Shown here: positions 59,497 to 64,000 of the stretch, one piece after another
Numbering within the stretch: the first letter of the stretch is position 1
Layout of the letters: the number at the start of each line of letters is the position of its first letter
Assembly: GCA_965219585.1 (NCBI GenBank)
Contig: CBDCOA010000003.1
Location: 4,898,625-4,962,624, forward strand
Source: Bryobacterales bacterium
GTDB taxonomy: Bacteria > Acidobacteriota > Terriglobia > Bryobacterales > UBA6623
Direction of reading: 5' to 3'
DNA: 64,000 nucleotides
The notes under the pieces: model-generated
What the model was told of the DNA's origin: nothing
The model's database searches: none
Seen by the model: the letters and a program-made list of their open reading frames with translations, nothing else
Made by a program: the position numbers and the translations under genes

Positions 59497-60258
59497 GCCG
59501 CGGAAGTTCGCGCTGGTCTGCAGCGCCACTTCCTCGAGCGCGACTCCCTTCACGCTTGCCAGCATGCGCGCCGTCTCCACGACGAAGCGCGGCTCGTTGC
59601 GGCGGACCTTGCGGTGCGGCGCCGGCGTGAGGTACGGCGAGTCCGTTTCGACCAAGACCCGGTCCATGGGCGTCCAACGGGCGGTCGCGCGCAAGTCCTC
59701 GGACCGAGCGAAAGTCAGCACGCCCGAAAACGACAGCAGAAAGCCCATCTCCAAGCACCGCAGCGCCTGAGCGGAGTCGCCCGTGAAGCAGTGCATGACG
59801 CCGCCGATGCCGGTGCCGGCCCAGTGCGCGCCGAGCAGGTCGAGGGTGTCGTCCCAAGCGTCGCGCGTATGGATCGAGATCGGCTTGCGGCGGCTGGCGG
59901 CGATCTCCATCTGCCGGACAAAGACCCGCCGCTGGACCTCGCGCGGCGAATTGTCGTAGTGATAGTCGAGTCCGATCTCTCCGACCGCCAGCACTTTGGG
60001 GTGGTCGCACAGGGCCTCGACACGGGCGGCGGCGGCCGCGTCGAACTTGGCCGCGTCGTGGGGGTGCACTCCCACCGTGGCCGCGATGTCCTCGTGCCGG
60101 TCGGCGATGCGGATGGCCGCTTCCAAGTCCGGAGGACCGTTCCCCGTTCCGATGGCGAGCATGTAGGAAACACCCGCCTGGCGCGCCCTGGCGATCACTT
60201 CCTCGCGATCGTCGTCAAACACGGCGCCATCGAGATGGCAATGGGAATCGACCAGCAT
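59476..60258 (-). CDS. tatD: TatD-family metal-dependent hydrolase (DNase)
   Basis: 260 aa. Sequence MLVDSHCHLD...EIGLDYHY...Q..F..Q...A......P..IH.R.A..D. Confidence 0.88.
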   Translation of the reverse strand: MLVDSHCHLDGAVFDDDREEVIARARQAGVSYMLAIGTGNGPPDLEAAIRIADRHEDIAATVGVHPHDAAKFDAAAAARVEALCDHPKVLAVGEIGLDYHYDNSPREVQRRVFVRQMEIAASRRKPISIHTRDAWDDTLDLLGAHWAGTGIGGVMHCFTGDSAQALRCLEMGFLLSFSGVLTFARSEDLRATARWTPMDRVLVETDSPYLTPAPHRKVRRNEPRFVVETARMLASVKGVALEEVALQTSANFRGLFNLAN

Positions 60259-60280
60259 CTTCGGCGGCCGGGAACGGGCT

Positions 60281-62236
60281 CTAGCCGAGGCGAGCCCCGA
60301 TCGGGGCCTCGGCCGGAAAGTCCGCCAAGTGCGGTTCGCCGTCCTCCAGTGTCGCGGCGATCAACATGCCCTGGGACAGCTGTCCCATCATCTTGCGCGG
60401 CTTGAGGTTGGCGACCAGCGCAATGCGCCTTCCCACCATCTCGTCCGGCCCGTATTTCTCGGCAATGCCTGCGAGGACCGTGCGCGGCTCGGCCTCGCCG
60501 ATGTCCACCGACAGTTGCAGGAGCTTGCGCGACTTCTTGACCCGTTCGGCTGCCCGCACCACGCCCACCCGCATGTCGACCTTGGCGAAGTCGCCGATCT
60601 CGATCTCGGGAGTGTCGATTTCGAGCGCCTGCGGCGCGGACGCCCCCATCAGCCGGGCCTGCTCCGCCAGTGCCTCGGCCTCGAGTTCCTCCATGCCTTC
60701 TACGGATTTCGCGACATCGAGCCGAGGATAGATCGCAGCCTGCGCGCCGACCGTTGTTCCGCCGGTCAGCCCGCCCCACTGCAGTTGGTCCAGTCGTTGC
60801 TCGGCGACGGCACCGGATTGTCCCAGCAGTTCCCAGATCCTCTGCGCGCCCGCAGGGATGACCGGCGCCAGCAGCACGCAGGCGATGCGCAGCGCCTCGG
60901 CGGTGTTGTAGAGGGTGGCCTCGAGCTGGATTCTGGAATCCGAGTCGTCTGCTCGCGCCAGTTCCCACGGTTTGTGCTCGACGATGTACTTGTCGGTCCG
61001 TGCGAGTAGCGACCAGATCGTCTCTAGCGCCTTGGAGAACGCGAACTTGCGATAGAGTTTGATGGCGTCCAGAATGCAGATCGTCGCCAGCTGCGGCAGG
61101 CCGCCGCTGTCAGTGCCTGTGACCGCCTCCGGGATCTTGCCGCCGCAGTAGCGGGCCAGCATGGACGATGTGCGGCTGGCCAGGTTGCCGATACCGTTTG
61201 CCAGATCGGCGTTGTAGCGCACCGTCAGCGCCTCGTGCGAAAAGTTTCCGTCCTGGCCGAAAACGATCTCGCGCAGCAGGTAGTAGCGCAGGCCGTCCAC
61301 CCCCACGACCCGCTTGATGGGCAGCGCTCGCACGATGTTGCCCTTGGTCTTGGACATCTTGCCGCCTTGGAAGATGAGCCAGCCGTGGGCCCACACCTGC
61401 TTGGGCAAGGGCAGTTCGGCCGCCATCAGGAACGCGGGCCAGTAGACGGCGTGAAAGCGGACGATCTCCTTGCCGACCAAGTGGACGTCAATCGGCCACA
61501 GGCGCTCGTAGTCCGACCCCGGACCGTCGCGTTCGCCAAAGCCCACCGCGCTCATGTAGGTCGTGAGCGCGTCGAACCAGACGTAGAACACGTGCTCGGG
61601 ATCGTTTGGCAGGGGGATTCCCCAGCGCAGCGTGGAACGGCTGATCGACAGGTCGTTCAGGCCCTCCCGCACGAATGCCATGACCTCGTTGCGCCGGGCA
61701 TCGGGCTGGACGAAGTCAGGCTGGGATTCGTACAGCTCCAGCAGCTTGTCCTGAAAGGCGGAGAGGCGGAAGAAGTAGTTCTCCTCGGTGACCGTCGTGA
61801 TGAATTCCGGATCAGCGGACGCGGCTTCCTCATCGGTGACAAAGGCTTCGTCGCCGAGGTGATACTTGCCGGTGTAGGTGCCCTTGTAGATCGCCCCGTT
61901 GGCCAGGCAGCGCTCGAAGATCTTGCGCACGGCCAGGGCATGGCGCGGGTCGCTGGTGCGCCGGAAGAAGTCGCATTCCAGGCCCAGTTCGTCCCATTCC
62001 GCGCGAAACGCCTGCGAGACGCGATCGGTGAACTGCTGCGGCTCCAGACCCGCGGCCGCCGCTGACCGCTCGACCTTCTGCCCGTGCTCGTCGCTGCCCG
62101 TCGTCAGGTAGGCATCGTCGCCCAGCATGCGCCGGATCCGCTTGATCGTATCGGCCACGATCGTCGTATAGGCATGCCCGATGTGGGGCGCGGCGTTGAC
62201 GTAGTAGATGGGCGTCGAGATATAGAATTTCGGCAT
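60281..62236 (-). CDS. metG: methionine--tRNA ligase with C-terminal tRNA-binding domain
   Basis: 651 aa. HIGH motif (PIYYVNAAPHIGHAYT) and KMSKS motif (GGKMSKTKGN). C-terminal EMAP-like OB domain. Confidence 0.95.
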   Translation of the reverse strand: MPKFYISTPIYYVNAAPHIGHAYTTIVADTIKRIRRMLGDDAYLTTGSDEHGQKVERSAAAAGLEPQQFTDRVSQAFRAEWDELGLECDFFRRTSDPRHALAVRKIFERCLANGAIYKGTYTGKYHLGDEAFVTDEEAASADPEFITTVTEENYFFRLSAFQDKLLELYESQPDFVQPDARRNEVMAFVREGLNDLSISRSTLRWGIPLPNDPEHVFYVWFDALTTYMSAVGFGERDGPGSDYERLWPIDVHLVGKEIVRFHAVYWPAFLMAAELPLPKQVWAHGWLIFQGGKMSKTKGNIVRALPIKRVVGVDGLRYYLLREIVFGQDGNFSHEALTVRYNADLANGIGNLASRTSSMLARYCGGKIPEAVTGTDSGGLPQLATICILDAIKLYRKFAFSKALETIWSLLARTDKYIVEHKPWELARADDSDSRIQLEATLYNTAEALRIACVLLAPVIPAGAQRIWELLGQSGAVAEQRLDQLQWGGLTGGTTVGAQAAIYPRLDVAKSVEGMEELEAEALAEQARLMGASAPQALEIDTPEIEIGDFAKVDMRVGVVRAAERVKKSRKLLQLSVDIGEAEPRTVLAGIAEKYGPDEMVGRRIALVANLKPRKMMGQLSQGMLIAATLEDGEPHLADFPAEAPIGARLG

Positions 62237-62288
62237 AGCGAGACGCTAGTTCTAGTCTTGCACGGCGGCCGGCCCGGAGATCGGGCCG

Positions 62289-63470
62289 CTACGCGTCCCG
62301 GCTCTGCAGGTACGCTCGGTGCGCCTGTTCCCAGACCCGCTTGAACGGCACGCCGTGCTCGCGCGCCAGCTTGCGGCAGTCCTCGTACTCGGGAGCGAAC
62401 GTTGCTCCCGGGCCGCCGGCCGGCCCGGACGTCTTCACGCGCACCGGGCCGTAACTGGTGCTGACCTCGGTCCACGCGCGCGGCAGAGCTCTGCGCCTGG
62501 CCGAGACTTCGCGGATCCCGAGCGTCGAGGTCTCCGCCAGGATCATCCCTCCGAGTCGTTCGCGGTCGTGAGGGCCGGCCAGCACGGTCAAGGTGAAGCC
62601 GGGGCGGTTCTTCTTCATTTGCACCGGCGTGAGTGTCACGTCGAGGGCTCCGGATTCGAGCAGGCGCTCCATCGCGAATCCCGCCATCTCCGGAGTCATG
62701 TCGTCGATGTTCGCTTCGAGGATCCAGACTTGTTCGGGCGGCGTGTCGGCCTGCTCGGCCTCGCCGATCAACACGCGGACCAAGTTGGCCCGCTCCGCAA
62801 AGTCGCGCGATCCGGCACCGTAGCCGCTCTGCGAGATGCGCATCGCCGGGGGCGGGCCAAAGCCTTCGCTGAGCGTCACGGCGAGGGCCGCGCCCGTCGG
62901 CGTGGTGAGTTCTACGCTCGGGCCGTCCGAGTAGGTCGGCACCCCTTCCACCAAGCGCGCCGTGGCCGGCGCCGGCACCGGCATCGTGCCGTGCGCCGCC
63001 TGCACGGTCCCGCTGCCTAGGTTGATCGGAGAACACCAAACCTTGTCGATCCCCAGGGCGCGCAGGCCGGCGCAAGCGCCGACGATGTCCGCGATCGAGT
63101 CGTACGCTCCGACTTCGTGGAAATGCACCTTCTCGACCGGAATTGCATGGGAGCGAGCCTCGACCTCGCCGAGGCACCGGAACACGCTGGTGCTGTCTCG
63201 CTTGACGCGTTCGTCCAAGGTTGACTCGGCGATCATGCGCTCGATCGTTGCGAGCGAGCGGTGGCTGTGGTCGTGCCTAGCCTCGACACTGACCTTGGTG
63301 CCCGCAAGACCGCCCCGCTTGACCGGTTCGGCGTGCAGCGTGAGGCCGTCTACTCCGAGCTTGGCGATCTCGGCCTGGAGTGCGGCAACATCCAAGCCGG
63401 CGTCCACCAAGGCACCCAGCAGCATGTCGCCGGCGATTCCGGAAAAGCAGTCGAGGTAGCAGATTCTCAC
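62289..63470 (-). CDS. larC: nickel-pincer cofactor biosynthesis protein LarC (DUF111 nickel insertion protein)
   Basis: 393 aa. Sequence MRICYLDCFSGIAGDMLLGALVDAGLD...FHEVGAYDSIADIVGA. Confidence 0.85.
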   Translation of the reverse strand: MRICYLDCFSGIAGDMLLGALVDAGLDVAALQAEIAKLGVDGLTLHAEPVKRGGLAGTKVSVEARHDHSHRSLATIERMIAESTLDERVKRDSTSVFRCLGEVEARSHAIPVEKVHFHEVGAYDSIADIVGACAGLRALGIDKVWCSPINLGSGTVQAAHGTMPVPAPATARLVEGVPTYSDGPSVELTTPTGAALAVTLSEGFGPPPAMRISQSGYGAGSRDFAERANLVRVLIGEAEQADTPPEQVWILEANIDDMTPEMAGFAMERLLESGALDVTLTPVQMKKNRPGFTLTVLAGPHDRERLGGMILAETSTLGIREVSARRRALPRAWTEVSTSYGPVRVKTSGPAGGPGATFAPEYEDCRKLAREHGVPFKRVWEQAHRAYLQSRDA

Positions 63471-63542
63471 GGGAACGGGAACGGCAGCGCCGGCCTGCTG
63501 GGATGCGCCCAGACTAGCACGCGTGCTCCCCCCGCCACGTGC

Positions 63543-64000
63543 CTACGCTTCTGGAATCGGTGCCCCGACCAGTTCCAAGAACGCCCGCGACGCCTGCGAG
63601 AGATACCGGCCTAGCGGATAGACGAGGTGGATCTGGCGCTCCATTTGGAGCTCGCGCACTACGACCTCGCAGAGCGTGCTGCTCTCGATTTGGCGCTCCA
63701 CGCACATCTTCGGCAGGAACGCAACGCCGAGATTTCTCTGCACCAAGCGCCGGATCGTCTCGATCGTGGGCATCTCGATCTCCATGTTGAGCGGCACCGA
63801 GTGCAGTCGGAATGTCTCGATCACGCGCGCCCTGTATGGCGAGACCACGTTGTGGGCGATGAACGTCTCCGAGCCGAGTTCGGCGATGCTGACGCTCCTG
63901 CGGCCGGCCAAGCGGTGATCGGGGGAGACGACGAAGGCCAGGCGGTCGTCGTAGAGCCGGAACAGGCTCAGGTTGGGGTCGGCCGGGTCGTAGCTGATGG
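63543..64000 (-). CDS. LysR-family transcriptional regulator, C-terminal effector domain (5' part beyond window)
   Basis: The minus-strand frame is open from the window edge to the stop at 63543-63545. Sequence ...LYDDRLAFVVSPDHRLAGRRSVSIAELGSETFIAHNVVSPYRARVIETF...IEMPTIETIRRLVQRNLGVAFLP. Confidence 0.75.
   Translation of the reverse strand, partial: ISYDPADPNLSLFRLYDDRLAFVVSPDHRLAGRRSVSIAELGSETFIAHNVVSPYRARVIETFRLHSVPLNMEIEMPTIETIRRLVQRNLGVAFLPKMCVERQIESSTLCEVVVRELQMERQIHLVYPLGRYLSQASRAFLELVGAPIPEA

Overview
High-GC bacterial chromosomal window; the gene content and ribosomal-protein tails suggest Acidobacteriota, but the phylum cannot be fixed from this window alone. There are four blocks. 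(1) 1-15.4 kb holds mixed genes: tandem Tat-secreted paralogs and a sulfatase, an RHH/ParE toxin-antitoxin pair with a frameshifted toxin, a secreted peptidase plus beta-propeller pair, a delta-9-type desaturase, a ZIP-like transporter interrupted by two cyclic-nucleotide-binding domains, an NHL-repeat protein, ribH-nusB, and a secreted redoxin/DsbD-N fusion gene. The fusion gene's reading frame holds a single in-frame TGA exactly where the first Cys of a WCPFC motif should be. (2) 15.4-33.0 kb holds two sequence-identical 2,743-bp Tn5-like (IS4 family) insertion sequences in inverted orientation, each with its own target-site duplication. They bracket 12.2 kb encoding a fused E1 alpha/beta 2-oxoacid dehydrogenase, DUF192, an RND adaptor, two tandem RND permeases and two unknown secreted proteins. 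The 767-aa transposase carries a ~290-aa N-terminal extension resembling DUF4338, the DruA signature domain. (3) 33.5-52.7 kb is an uninterrupted str-S10-spc-alpha ribosomal superoperon (rpsL to rplQ, including fusA, tuf, secY, map, infA, rpmJ, rpoA; no adk). Several r-proteins have extensions and infA is unusually divergent. (4) 52.7-64 kb holds a SurA-like PPIase, cbiM-X-cbiQ without an ATPase, DUF1080, a translationally coupled DUF2007/alkaline-phosphatase-family/beta-propeller trio, tatD, metG, larC and a truncated LysR regulator. The strongest hunt result is the candidate selenocysteine (UxxC) redoxin with a SECIS-like hairpin. Next are the IS pair with its unusual transposase architecture and the cNMP-domain ZIP chimera. 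No rRNA, tRNA or CRISPR array was seen. Many very long ORFs in the six-frame track, antisense or alternate-frame to real genes, are high-GC artefacts.
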